This document shows positions 52,033 to 64,000 of a stretch of DNA of 64,000 nucleotides, in pieces; positions within the stretch are counted from its first letter, which is position 1; the number at the start of each line of letters is the position of its first letter. The DNA is from Octopus sinensis (lineage: Eukaryota): the NCBI RefSeq assembly GCF_006345805.1, contig NC_043001.1, positions 44,826,001 to 44,890,000 of the forward strand, given 5' to 3'. Under the pieces are notes generated by a model. It was given only the letters and a program-made list of their open reading frames with translations. It was not told the origin of the DNA and did not search any database. Both the position numbers and the translations under genes were made by a program.

Positions 52033-53199
52033 CTAGATGTTGTTTGGTATTTTTGGAGAAGCAGAAACAAAAAGTAAAAAAAGAGAGCATAATGTTAGTG
52101 AAAGATATCATTGTTATATGTAAATATTCAAAGGTTTCAAATGCAAGACAATAAATTGGTAAACTGATTGTAGATGTAATTGTTTTGGATGTTGAGTGTG
52201 AATCTAGCCTGAGTGACTGCTAGTAAACTTGATAAAGTGTTGGCTTATGAACCAGATGCTACTAAATGCTTCAGCATTTAGTCTGTCACTCTGCCAAAGC
52301 CAAAGTGCATGTGTGAATGCAAAGGTGTACAGATGACTCAATCAATCTTAGTCTATTACTAACATATATCTCTCAAGGAAGTTCAAAGAAAAACTGGAAA
52401 GACAATATCAGAAAACTAATATTGTACTGGCACAAGATTACTATGATTGGTGCCTAATTACCAAACACAAAGAAAAGCTATCATGTAAATGTCATGGTAC
52501 TTAGACTGCCACATGGGCAGACAATTGTAAATGTCACATAGGTTGAACAGTTTAGTTAAAACAGCAGATTGTTTGACTTTTGCATAATGTCATGCATGTT
52601 ATGAATAATGGCATTGTTGATTAAGGATTCTAATAAGCCAGTCATTGCTACAGTGTATTTTTCATAACAAAAGTGACAAGGCAGTATCTACATAAAGAGG
52701 GTAAAAAATGTCTCAATATATTTTTTTTGCTCAATGCCAATTTATTACCAATACACATACACCTACACACACACATATGTGTGTGTGTATAGATATCTAT
52801 GGATTTCTGTATACATATACGCACAATCTATATATATATATAGTTATATTTTAATACAGAATTATTACATTACTCGAATGCCAACTAATAATGGAGTGAA
52901 TATGTGAGCAATATATACTCAAAAATACACACTGATTAAAGCAGAACCCAAAAACCCATGTGCAAAACAAAGCAGTATGCAAATTAGAAGAACTATTATT
53001 TGTACAAATTAACAAAATACAAATATATTTACTAAACAAGACTCAGTTCAATACTGAGTCAGAACAGAACTAAATTAGAGCAATAAAACACCCCAACCCA
53101 ACAAGTATGGAATATAAAACGTAAATTACACAGTATCACAACAAAATTGAACACAAATAAATCAGTATTATGACACATAATAGTCCAGAGGTTTTCTTC

Positions 53200-54555
53200 A
53201 GCTCATTGATCTTCTTGGATGTTGATGACTGTATTCTGGGGTTGAGTTATTATTGCTAGGTGGTAATTATGAGCTAACAGGTTCTTCTTCAGGGGCAGAT
53301 TCATCAATAACTTGAGGTTCTGAATCACGGAAAGAAGGTGTATCTCCCAGTTCTTGGTCATCTTCCGAAGAATATTGAGGTTGCAATTGTTCTAGATGAC
53401 GTCTCCAAGTGTGACTTCTAGGTACAAGTTGAACATGAAACATTCGCGTTCCTTGTTTCTTCACAACTATAGCTAGAACCCAACATGGATCTTTGTTTCT
53501 CATTGGTCCAAAATACAGAGCATAGCATGGATCACCAAGTTGAAATCAATTGAAAGTTTTAACTACATCTCTCTCGGTAGACCTTTTCAATTTGGATTGG
53601 GCCAAATGAACTGGAGATGGAAGCAAAATGTCAATCTTGGTGTGTAATTGATGACTGTTGAGTAATTCACTTGGTGAGTAGCCACTAGTAATAGGTGATC
53701 TCCTGAATTGCATCAAGAATTTCAGCAAAGCTTCTTTAGGTGTTTTGGAAGATATTTGTAACGCTTGCTTGAAAATTTGAATCAAGTGCTCAGCAGCTCC
53801 GTTCGTTGAAGGGTGATAGGGAGCTCCCATTAGATGAACAATGCTTCTCCCTTACAGTAGTTTTGAAATTCTTCAGAAGCAAAGCAGGTGGCATTGTCAG
53901 ACATGATGGTGTGTGGATATCCAAAGTGTGCAAAATATTCCTCTAACAAATCCATTGTAGTCTTACTGGAAACTGAAGTAGTGGCATGTATGCATCAGTG
54001 ACTACTAACCAATTACACCCCAAAAAGTTGATGGCATGATCTACATGCAAATGTGACCAAGGCTTTTCAGGCATTACCCATGGATGAATTGCTGGTTTAA
54101 ATGGTGCCTTTCTGTGTTCACAGCAAGAAGTGCAGCGGCGTCAAAGATCCATGATTTCCACATCAATGTTTGGCCAGTATACTGCTGTTTGTGCTAACTG
54201 CTTCTGCTGTTGCATACCGAGTTGACTTGTGTGTAGCAGATGTAAGATTTGTTCTTGTAGACTGGTAGGAATGACTAGTCTTGTATCATACAGTAACCAT
54301 CCATGACATGTGCTCAAAGATTGGGAACGTTTTGGAATTGCTCTACTGGAGCATAAGAGTCAAGACCTCATGTAAAATGCATCACTTGTGCCAAAACTGG
54401 ATCTTTAGAGGACTCCTTTCTGACTAAAGTCGAATCTGTAGGCTGGACTTGTAAACTAATCACTTCAATTGCACACACAATGTTGGTATCATCCATGTCT
54501 TCCTCCCCATCAAAGATAGAGTCTAACAGGAAGGCAGCAAAGAGCAGCCTTGATG
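53200..54555 (-). mobile_element. degenerate Ty3/Gypsy pol fragment (RNase H end plus integrase)
   Basis: H..QLGM..AVYWPNID..C..C zinc finger, PEKPWSHLHVDHA, APYHPSTNGAAE, SGYSPSELL, TWRRHLEQLQP; stops and frameshifts present. Confidence 0.9.
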
Positions 54556-55619
54556 ATGATGATAATAATAATAATAATCATCATCATCATTGCTACAAAA
54601 GGCACAAGGCCAATAATTTGACAGGTGACAAGTTGGTTGTATCAATTCCAGTATTTGACTGGTACTTTATTTTATCAACACCTAAAAGTGGAAAGAGAAA
54701 GCTGACCTCAGCGGGATTTGAACTGAGTTAGAAGAAATGCCACCAAACAATTTGTCTGTTACATTAACAATTCTGCCACGGCACCTTAATAATAAAATCA
54801 TTCTAATTTTTGGCAAAAGAATAGTAATTTTGAAGGAAGTCGATTACAGTGACTCTAGTAAGGGTGGAAGGCAAAGTTGACCTCAGTGACATGAGAACTC
54901 AAAATGTAATTCATTAGCACCATCATCATCATCATCGTTTAACGTCCGCTTTCCATGCTAGCATGGGTTGGACAATTCTGACTGAGGGCTGGCGAGCCAG
55001 ATGGCTGCACCAGGCTCCAGTTTTGATCTGGCAGAGTTTCTACAGCTGGATGCACTTCCTAACGCCAACCGTTCCAAGAGTGTAGGCGGTACTGGCAATG
55101 ACCTTACTCGAATCTTTTTACACATGCCACCGGCACAGGTGCCAGTAAGGTGACACTGGTAATGATCATGCTTGAATGGTGCCCTTTTACGTGCCACCAA
55201 CATGGAAGCCAGTTAGGTGCTCTGGCAACGATCACGCTCGGATGGTGCTCTTGGCACCCTACTATTATTTGGAAATAATGTCACTTAACATTTTCTCCGA
55301 CATATGGACAATTCTGTTAGTTCACTCATCATCATCATCAACATCATAGTATAATGCCCACCTTCAATGCTGGCATTGGTTGGACAGGAGCTGACCAGGC
55401 ATGAACCTGCACCAGAATCCTGCATCTGTTTTGGTATGGTTTTTACAGTTAGGTGCCCTTCCTAGTACCAACTACTTGACAGAGTAAACAAAGTACTTTT
55501 TATGTGGCACAAACACAGGAGAGGTTGTTTTGGCATGATCTTTACAGTTGGATGTCCTTCCAAACACCAACCACTTTACAATGTGGACTGGATGTTTGCC
55601 TTAATAATAACAATAACAA

Positions 55620-56285
55620 CAGTAATTTTTCTAATTTTGGCAGAAGACCAGCAATTTCATGGGGAGAAAACAAGTCAATTACATCATCCTCAATATTTGA
55701 CTGGTATTTGTTTGATCAAGCCTGAAGTGATGAAAGTCAAAGCTGACATCAGCAGGTTTTGAACTCAGAACATAAAGAATTGGAAGAAATGCTATTAAGC
55801 ATTTTGTTTGATCCACTAATGATCCTGTCAGCTTGTCACCTTAATAATGATAATAATGATTTCAAATTTTGGCACAAGGCCGGCAGTTTGGGGAAGATGA
55901 TAAGTCGATTACATTGACCCAGTGCTCAATTGGTACTTATTTTATTGACCACCAAAAGGATGAAAGGCAAAGTCAACCACTGCAGAATTAAACTCATAAT
56001 ACAAAGAGAGACAAAATCCCACTAAGCATTTTGCCTGGTGTGCTAATGATTCTACCAGCTCACTTCCTTATTAATAATAACAGTCATGACAACCCTTTCT
56101 AGTATAAGCACAAGGCCTGAAATTCTTGGGGAGAGGACTTGTTGATTATATCGACCCTAGTGGTTCACACTTAATTTATCAACCTTGAAAGGATGAAAGG
56201 CAGAATTTCAATTCAGAATGTAGCAACAGGCGAAATACAGCTAAGCATTCTGTCCAGCATGCTAACGATTCTGCCAGCTCACCAA
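55620..56285 (-). mobile_element. three head-to-tail family A SINEs
   Basis: Units ~55625-55842, ~55860-56070, ~56095-56282, each followed by TAATAAT spacers. Confidence 0.85.
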
Positions 56286-56301
56286 TAATATTAATACTTA
56301 C

Positions 56302-56385
56302 GGTCGGTTATAAGTGGCAGCATTTTCATCAGCAACATCAGATAGTGGCATATTAATCAAGGAGTAAGTTGCACATGTGTAAGAA
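56302..56385 (-). CDS. MFSD13A: MFSD13A/TMEM180-like exon (84 nt)
   Basis: TTTTTGCAG acceptor, SYTCATYSLINMPLSDVADENAATYNR, GTAAGT donor; phase 2 at both ends, matching both neighbours. Confidence 0.9.
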
Positions 56386-56451
56386 CTGCAAAAACAAAGA
56401 AAAAAGGTGTAATTGGGTAGATGGTAACCATAGGCATACGTGTGTGTGTGC

Positions 56452-56520
<69 letters not shown>

Positions 56521-57043
56521 TGTGTGCGTGCGTGCACATGCTCATGCACACATGTGGGCTTTGTTGATTAGCATCAGCAGCCTGTTGCCAGACTTTGGTA
56601 CCTTGAAATATTTTGGATGGGCATTAATTTGTATTGCAGAAAGATTTTGTAAACTATATTTTCTAAATCTGAGGATGCACCATTGAATAGTGAAGGGCAA
56701 TGCCATCCAGTGCACCCCTTAATGATGAGCATGAACCTCAAATCCACTATGATCAACTTAACCAATGATTAAAAGTATCATAGCTCAATCATTCAGTCTT
56801 AATTTCAGACATAATATATCTAGGACTACATTATCCAATGTATTCTGCTTTGTTTAAAACAGTAGAGGAAGAATTGCAAGCTATTTCTAGCAAATCAAGC
56901 AAAACCTATATGATGTTCATGTATTGTAGAAACAATCAATGGGTTTTTATAACTGTAAAAGTTGTACATATACAGCTAAGAAAAAATATTTGGAAGACGC
57001 ACATCCAGTTTAATAGTATTTTGTTTTTTAAGTAAAATAAAGA

Positions 57044-57090
<47 letters not shown>

Positions 57091-57146
57091 GAAAGTCCTC
57101 TGATTTCAACATTTAATCCATGCTTTAAAAACGTTCTTTCTCTATA

Positions 57147-57648
57147 TCTATATAAAGCTCTAGTTGTGTGAGTGTCTGTCCCCTTCGATTTAGATTCCTA
57201 ACTCCTCCCACATTTTGTGGTGCAGTTTAACCAAATTCGGGTATCTTATAGTCGTGATTCATATCGAGCCCGTCTGACTATTAGCGCGCGTCAACGATGA
57301 GTCTACGATTTTAAAAATAATTTAACATCATTTTTTATTCCATTTTAATGCATAAAATGCATCGTGTGTCGATGGCGGTGGAGTTGGCGTCCACGCTCAC
57401 AGCTGCACCTGTTTGCTTCTCCCCCTTCCCTCCCTCGTGAAGCTGTGGGGAAGGGAGTGTAAAGAAATCAACGTCGTAATGCGTTGTGAAGGAAACCAGC
57501 ATTCTTTTAGAACAACGACTTCACGGCTTGAAGACACCAAAACAAAAATGGCTTAGAAAGCCCGAATTTATAAGGGAAGTAACTCTCTAAAAATGCTTAT
57601 ATAGTTATTTCCCTTACAAACCCGAGCAACGCCGGGCGATACTGCTAG
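57147..57648 (+). mobile_element. non-autonomous Helitron (~500 bp)
   Basis: A|TCTATATAAAG 5' end; 3' hairpin CCCGAGCAACGCCGGG (57621-57636) followed by CTAG|T (57645-57649); no TSD. Confidence 0.85.
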
Positions 57649-58804
57649 TATTATTATAATTATTATTATTTTGAAGTTAGATATTATCTATCAGTTATTT
57701 GTGGTCTACAACTCAGAGTAAAACTCATAAGTGTTAAATCATAGGATATCTAAAATACAAATGCATGTCTATATATTTTTTCCTAGTATTGCATAGCTTT
57801 AAGCATAGATATTTTCCATCATACAGTTGACTTCTTCTATAATCTTCTTATCAAAAGAGAATATTTGTAACCAAGACATATCTCTAAAAAGATATTTACT
57901 GGCAATAGGAGTGTTTTTGACCAAGTTACCAATGTATCATGAAAGATTTTGAGACTTAATGCAATATATTCTTTTATTCTTTTGCTTGTTTCAGCCACTG
58001 GACTGGAGTACTAGAACACTAACTTGAAAAACTCAGTCAATCAAACGGATCCTAGTACTTTACTTTTTTTGAAGTCAGGTACTTGTATCAGTCCTTCTTT
58101 TTTTCTGCTAAGTTACATGGAAGTAACAAAAGCAACAATAGAGGTCAAGCCATGAGAAGACACACACAAACACATACACAAGTGTGTGTGTGTGTACACG
58201 AGCACACACACACACGCATACACACACAACAGGCTACTATAAAGATTTCTCTACCAAGGAAGAAGACAAGGTGCTGTACAATAGGACTGAACCAGAAACC
58301 ATGTTGTCGTGAATCGAACTTCTTATATATTGGAAAACATAATAATATAACAACAGGTGTATTTTTCCAAAATGACTATCATAAAAATTCTCTATATACA
58401 GACAATAAAGAGTTTAAATTGTGTCAAGACAAAAGGGTTAATATAAATAAAATGGAAAAGAAAAACAAATTCTTTTAAAGCTAAGAATGACTTCATGCAA
58501 GGTTTTTTAAAAGTTATCTTTCCCTTAAACGTAAACAAGAGTTATCTTTTCTTCGCAGAGATTATTGGACCATTATCGAGAGTTATCTTTCCTTCTCTCT
58601 CTCACTCTTACACACACACACACACATTTTATGTGTGTGTAGGGGGGGGGTTTATATACCAGTAAATTTGGTATTGTAAACCCGCATTCACAAACAATAC
58701 TTGAACTTTGATTCACGCCATTCTTGCAGTGTGAAGAAAAGAATCGTTTGTGGCCTACAAGTGATGGCCCAGCTACATACCAACAAGACATGATCAAGAT
58801 CAGT

Positions 58805-59330
58805 TAAGTTAGTTAGTTAAGTTAATTTTTTTGGCTCAAAAAGCAAGGCCATGTAGGGGGACATGGAGTTATGTACAGGGTGGTGTTCATGCAAAGAGTT
58901 CAGGCCATTTCTGGTCAAGAGAGACTTTGAACCGAGCGGTTGTCGGCATCTTCACTATCTCGTCCGGCAGCTTATTCCACGGATCCGCAACCCGGACAGA
59001 GAAAGCCCCTCTCCTTCGATTCAGATGAAATCGTCGCAGATAGAGCTTTTCGGAGTGACCCCGCAGCCGACGCTCTGGAGTAGGAGTGAAGAACAGCTCT
59101 TTCGAGAGGTTATACTTTCCGCTTATGATGTTGTGAGCAAGAATGAGATCACCACGGCGTTGTCGTTTTTCTAGAGAATAAAGGTCGAACGTCTTCAGCC
59201 TTTCTTCATAAGACAAATGCTTGAGACCAAGAACCATGTGGGTAGCCAGCTTCTGGACTCTTTCGAGATGAGAGATTCAGAATCACCACTACCCTGCAAG
59301 CTCAGTATCTGCCTCCAAGAGCAGAGAAGG
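58805..59330 (-). mobile_element. CR1-clade LINE 3' fragment
   Basis: HLERVQKLAT.MVLGLKHLSYEERLK..YSLEKRQRRGDLI..RGHSEKL..FSVRVADPWNKLP; short 3' UTR ending in TTAAC/TAAC repeats. Confidence 0.9.
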
Positions 59331-61107
59331 GTGAAAATATAATTAAAATCTGTTAAGATCTGTCTATCTTATGTTAGGGGCATGTCCAAAAAACTTCTGC
59401 TCTCTGGTTCCAAACACCTACTTTGAATAAGCCTCTGTCGGAAGATATCATGACAAAGAGCATGCATTTTAGCACTGAATATAAAAAATGAGACTAATCA
59501 CACCTTAAAAGTAAGACTAGAGGAATATCATAAAGCTGTGATCCATTGAGTGACAGAAAAATCAGACATGGTTATACTTATAGAGAGACCAGGGAAGCTG
59601 CCACTCCTTGTGGAATAAAGTCTAAATAAAGAATATGGAATAATAGAGGAAGATAAATTGACTGAAAGAATCTGCACATATACTGGACTATGATAAATTC
59701 CTGAACAAACTTGACATTGTGTTATAAAAGTATATGGGAGCTTTCATTTAAGAAAAAAAGGTAACTCTCTTTCTTTTACCTTTTACTTGTTTCAGTTATT
59801 AGGCTGTGTCCATGCTGGGGCGCCACCTTGAGAAATTTTAGTTGAACAAATCAACCCCAGTACTTAATGTTTTTTTTTAAAGCATGGTACTTATTCTATT
59901 ATTCTCTATGTGAAACCACTATGCTATGGGGATATAAACATACTGGCACTGGTTGTCAAGTGGTGGTAAGAGACAAACACACACACACACACATACATTT
60001 ATACATATAACAGGCTTCTTTCAGTGCCCAACTACTAAATCCACACATAAGGCTTTTGTCAGTCTGAGGGCATAAGAAAAGACACTTGCCCAAGATGCCC
60101 ACAGTAGGATTGAACCTGGAACCATGTGGTTTGGAAGCAAACTTCTTACCACACTGTCATGCCATCAGACATAAAAATAAAAAGCTAAGTTTCAGTTCCT
60201 AATTTATGCTATCTCATTGTATAAGCACTAATTTCTGCTATCAGAGTATAAGCATTAAGTGCTAAGTGTAGCAATTTAGCAAGTGTACATGGGATCAATC
60301 TCTAGGATCAGTCAAGTTATATATACCCTGGATCAAGTACAATGAATTAACCACATCACAGGTAGTAGAATAACAAATAAAGAGAATCTCCTTATTATGG
60401 ACAATGGACTAAAAACATACCAAATATGACAGGCACCTGAAGAAGCCTGGAAAATACAAAAACCAAAACATTGTGTCTATAACAACCAAAATGAGGACAC
60501 CAGGCTAAATATATCAGTGTGTGTGTGTGTGTGTGAATCTATAGATCTATATTTGTGTATACATGTTCAAGATCGCACTTCAGTTTTGTATATATACATT
60601 TTGCTCAAATTTGGATATGGATGGAAACAGTTAAGAGCAAAATTTTACTATTTGTTGCAACAGAAGATATGTGCAATAGTTGTGAGGATGCAAGGCAAGT
60701 AGGGTGTATGAGATATATACAATAGATGCTATGATGAAAGCTGCTAGAACACTCAGACAGTGCAGATGGTCTACCTACTGGGTTTGAAATGGATTGAGCT
60801 GAAAATGACTTTCTGGATGTGCAGAGTTAAAATTATTTTCTAAATCATTGATCTGGAATCAAAGGTACAGGTCAAGTTAAGCAGGAGAGATGATCAGATT
60901 TATCAACATGTGTATTGAAGTAAACAGTGCACACATGGCGAAAATATGCTGTGTTGATGAAAGTGCTTTTTAGATGCTGACCAAGTTGCAAGTAAAGCAT
61001 ACCTCAAAATATTGGACTTACATTGGACCTCACAGATGAGATGCAAAATTAGGACAACATAACCAGCTAATGTTTTGCATATCCACTCAATCAAATCCAA
61101 ATTAATA

Positions 61108-61342
61108 GTTATTTCTTTACTGCCCACAAGGGGCTACACACAGAGGGGACAAACAAGGACAGACAAACGGATTAAGTCGATTATATCGACCCCAGTGTGT
61201 AACTGGTACTTAATTTATCGACCCTGAAAGGATGAAAGGCAAAGTCGACCTCGGCGGAATTTGAACTCAGAACATAACAGCAGACGAAATACCGCTAAGC
61301 ATTTTGCCCGGTGTACTAATGATTCTGCCAGCTCGCCGCCTT
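61108..61342 (-). mobile_element. young full-length family A SINE with perfect 15-bp TSD
   Basis: AAATCCAAATTAATA at 61093-61107 and 61343-61357. Confidence 0.95.
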
Positions 61343-61712
61343 AAATCCAAATTAATACTGAACAATAATAGGATGCTGTGGTTGATGATGGTGAAGATGA
61401 TAATGGTAGTGCAGATAATAATGATAGAGTAGTATTGTTAATGATGATAGACAACAAAAAATGGTGATGATAATGCATGATGTTGACAAGGATGAATGGT
61501 AATAATGATGATGGTGATAATCCTGGTGGGTAGTTGTTGTTTAACCCCAGGTCAGCACTAACTGAGATATTCCAGCTATATAATTCACCCATCTTCAGAT
61601 GATGGGATTATTGATGGTGTTATTGTTAATGATGATGATAGTGGTGACGAATCTTAATCTGGTAGTTTATCAACAGAACATTAATACTCTAGCTAATCAA
61701 AGACTTACTTAC

Positions 61713-61867
61713 CTGTCGGCTAATAAGAACGTCAAGAACAATAAAGGATATGATGGACCCACAAGACACATCAACACTCCAAATAGAATCTTGAAGATGA
61801 AGTTACCAAGTGTGACATAGTAATACCCAACTTTGGCAACAAGAGGGGCACAGAGTATCACTAATAT
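61713..61867 (-). CDS. MFSD13A: MFSD13A/TMEM180-like exon (155 nt; missed by the ORF track)
   Basis: TTTCAG acceptor, ILVILCAPLVAKVGYYYVTLGNFIFKILFGVLMCLVGPSYPLLFLTFLLAD, GTAAGT donor; phase 0 in, phase 2 out. Confidence 0.9.
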
Positions 61868-63545
61868 CTGAAATTGCAAAGCAAATATTAAATTAGATTA
61901 TCATTTTCCTCATCATCATCATCATTGATTTTCTGTAAGTTAATCAAGGGAACAGTATCCATGACTATGATTATTGCAGGCCCCCTGGGACTGAAGCATT
62001 TCATGCAGTTGATATACACTAAGAACATTTATGTGTTAAGAGCACGGAGACTGCTGGATAGCTAAAATGAGTAAATGCTACCTAAACAAGTCCTGAAGGT
62101 GGAGAAAAAAGAAAGTAGTTGTAAGTAAAACCTACGGATTGGTTTAGTCCAGCACTTTTTAAATTTATTTATATATTTTTGCATAAGACATCTGAAACTG
62201 AAGAGAGGAATTTATCTTTAAACCTACTTATGCTAGCAACAGTGTGAATTATGTACCAATTGATGATGTTAAAACAGGTAACAAATTAGTTCTTATTAAG
62301 ATCAAGTCTACTAGCTTAGCTGTATATAGGTAACTTAGAGAAATACAATCCATCTACCTATAAGTAGGTTCCACAGTGAAGTGCTGTTTACCAATCTGTA
62401 ACCACATACCACAAAGTGATATAGCTTGAATAAAGTTTGAAGCCTTCCGAGGTTAACTTATATTTCATCCTTTCAGGTTTAATAAAATGAGTACTAGATA
62501 GGTTCTGTGCTGATTTAGTTAATTGAAATACATCTTTCACCAAAATATGTACCTTTGCTTCAACATTAGAAATTATAATTTTTAAGTAGTAGAGTAACTA
62601 AATGGTAAGAGCCAGATAAATTGTCTTCAGATATATAGCTATGTTTCTTTATGAAATGAGTTGTTCAAATTCCACCAGAGCCAATAAAATAAATGCCTTT
62701 TAAGTACTAGAGTCGATTTAATTAACTATTTACTCCTTCAGGCCTTATAATAAATTATTATTATTATGCAATATCAGTAATATTGTCTGTTACATATTTT
62801 ATGAACCTGAGTAGAATAAAAGATAAAACTGACTTAGGCAAATTTGAACTTAGAAAATGGAGGTTTGAAACTGAGAATTCACAACTATTATTTGCCAAGC
62901 ACTACCTTAAACAAATAATGATTTCTAACATAGGAAGAAATTCACAAGTTTGTGGGCAGAAAACAGTCGATTATATCACCATCCCACCTCCAAAGATGGA
63001 AAGCAAAGCTGACAACCTTGTTTAGATTTCAATTAAAATAAAATACACAGCTAAACATTATAAGATACCCAGAGCTCTAGTCATTCTACAACAGCACTGA
63101 CATTCCTTAAACACAATAATAATGACTTCTGAGAGAAGCACAAAGCCACAGATTTTCATGGGTGGGGATATAGTAGATTAGAAGTTCTTAGTAATAGACA
63201 TCCATATTCTCAAGGAGTACAGTAATCAAAAGCTGTGAATATATAAATTGATCTCTAGTATTTTCTCATAGTAAATATAACAAAATACTTATGATTTTCT
63301 TTCCTGTCCTATTCTTGTATCCATATGTAAAGCAAAACCTAACTATTTGTAAATTTTAAAGTTAATCTGGTACCTAGTTGGACTGATGATGATTTCAAGA
63401 TTTTAGGGAAGAAGGTATGAGGATAGATTGGGCAAGTCTTTGAAAGGCTACAATTGTAAAAAAAGGATAAACACCTCAATAGCATGTTATAAAACTGTAA
63501 AAATGTAAAAAAGATAAAAATGCACTTTAAAATGCAATGTCTTAC

Positions 63546-64000
63546 TTGAGGAAGAACATTGATAGCACCATAATACGTGCTTCGAGTGAATGTTGAGATA
63601 GCTGTGTCAGGAAGAAGCTGGTCAATAAATATGGCCATGAAATTAGAGATGAATGTCTTGTGGAATATTTGGAAAAAATTCACGAGGACAAAAGTAATGA
63701 AATTCCGATTTGTAAAGAGTTGTCGAAGAATGATAGTAATGGATTCTGAAGACTTCTTGCTCTCTCCACAACAATTATCTGAACTTGCAATGTCATATTC
63801 AGTGAATGCATTCTTGCCAGTGTATCGCATACACAGACAGCTGATACAAGCAATGATAAAGCATAGTATTTGAAAGTTGCCAAAGTTCTTAAGACTTTGT
63901 GTAAAGTACTCACAGAAGAACACAGATGTGCCGCCAAACAGACAGGCAAGCTCAGCAAACTGTATCAGTTGGAGACGGTCCTTGTGAACATGAGACATCT
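63546..64000 (-). CDS. MFSD13A: MFSD13A/TMEM180-like internal exon (continues beyond the window)
   Basis: HKDRLQL..LRQLFTNRNFITFVLVNFFQIFHKTFISNF resembles TMEM180 [30 protein letters not shown] (from memory); GTAAGA donor after 63546, phase 0. Confidence 0.85.

Noticed and set aside
1-64000. CRISPR arrays, rRNA or prokaryotic operons
   Set aside because: The sequence is eukaryotic with spliced genes; the periodic repeats are SINEs and microsatellites, not repeat-spacer arrays.

Overview
AT-rich eukaryotic genomic DNA, dense in microsatellites and SINEs. The repeat landscape plus a tandem C2H2 zinc-finger gene suggests a coleoid cephalopod, probably octopus (inference, not verified). Two protein-coding genes can be built by hand, both on the minus strand. 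One is a 10-finger C2H2 ZNF gene: a 28-nt first coding exon at 27598-27571 spliced in phase to exon 23244-21836. The other is the 3' four exons of an MFSD13A/TMEM180-like transporter (64000-63546, 61867-61713, 56385-56302, 52032-51756; all splice phases agree). Most other sequence is transposon-derived: a near-intact Penelope-like retroelement of the Naiad type with a complete type I hammerhead ribozyme in its 3' end, several (TA)n-embedded Penelope pLTR and foldback mini-elements with hammerhead-like cores, a Dong/R4-like element sitting in a (TAA)n tract, RTE, CR1 and Gypsy fragments, a non-autonomous Helitron, TTAA-type MITEs, and at least four short-repeat families, some in head-to-tail arrays. 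Most ORFs in the supplied track are microsatellite artefacts. Repeat boundaries are approximate unless a TSD or TIR is quoted.
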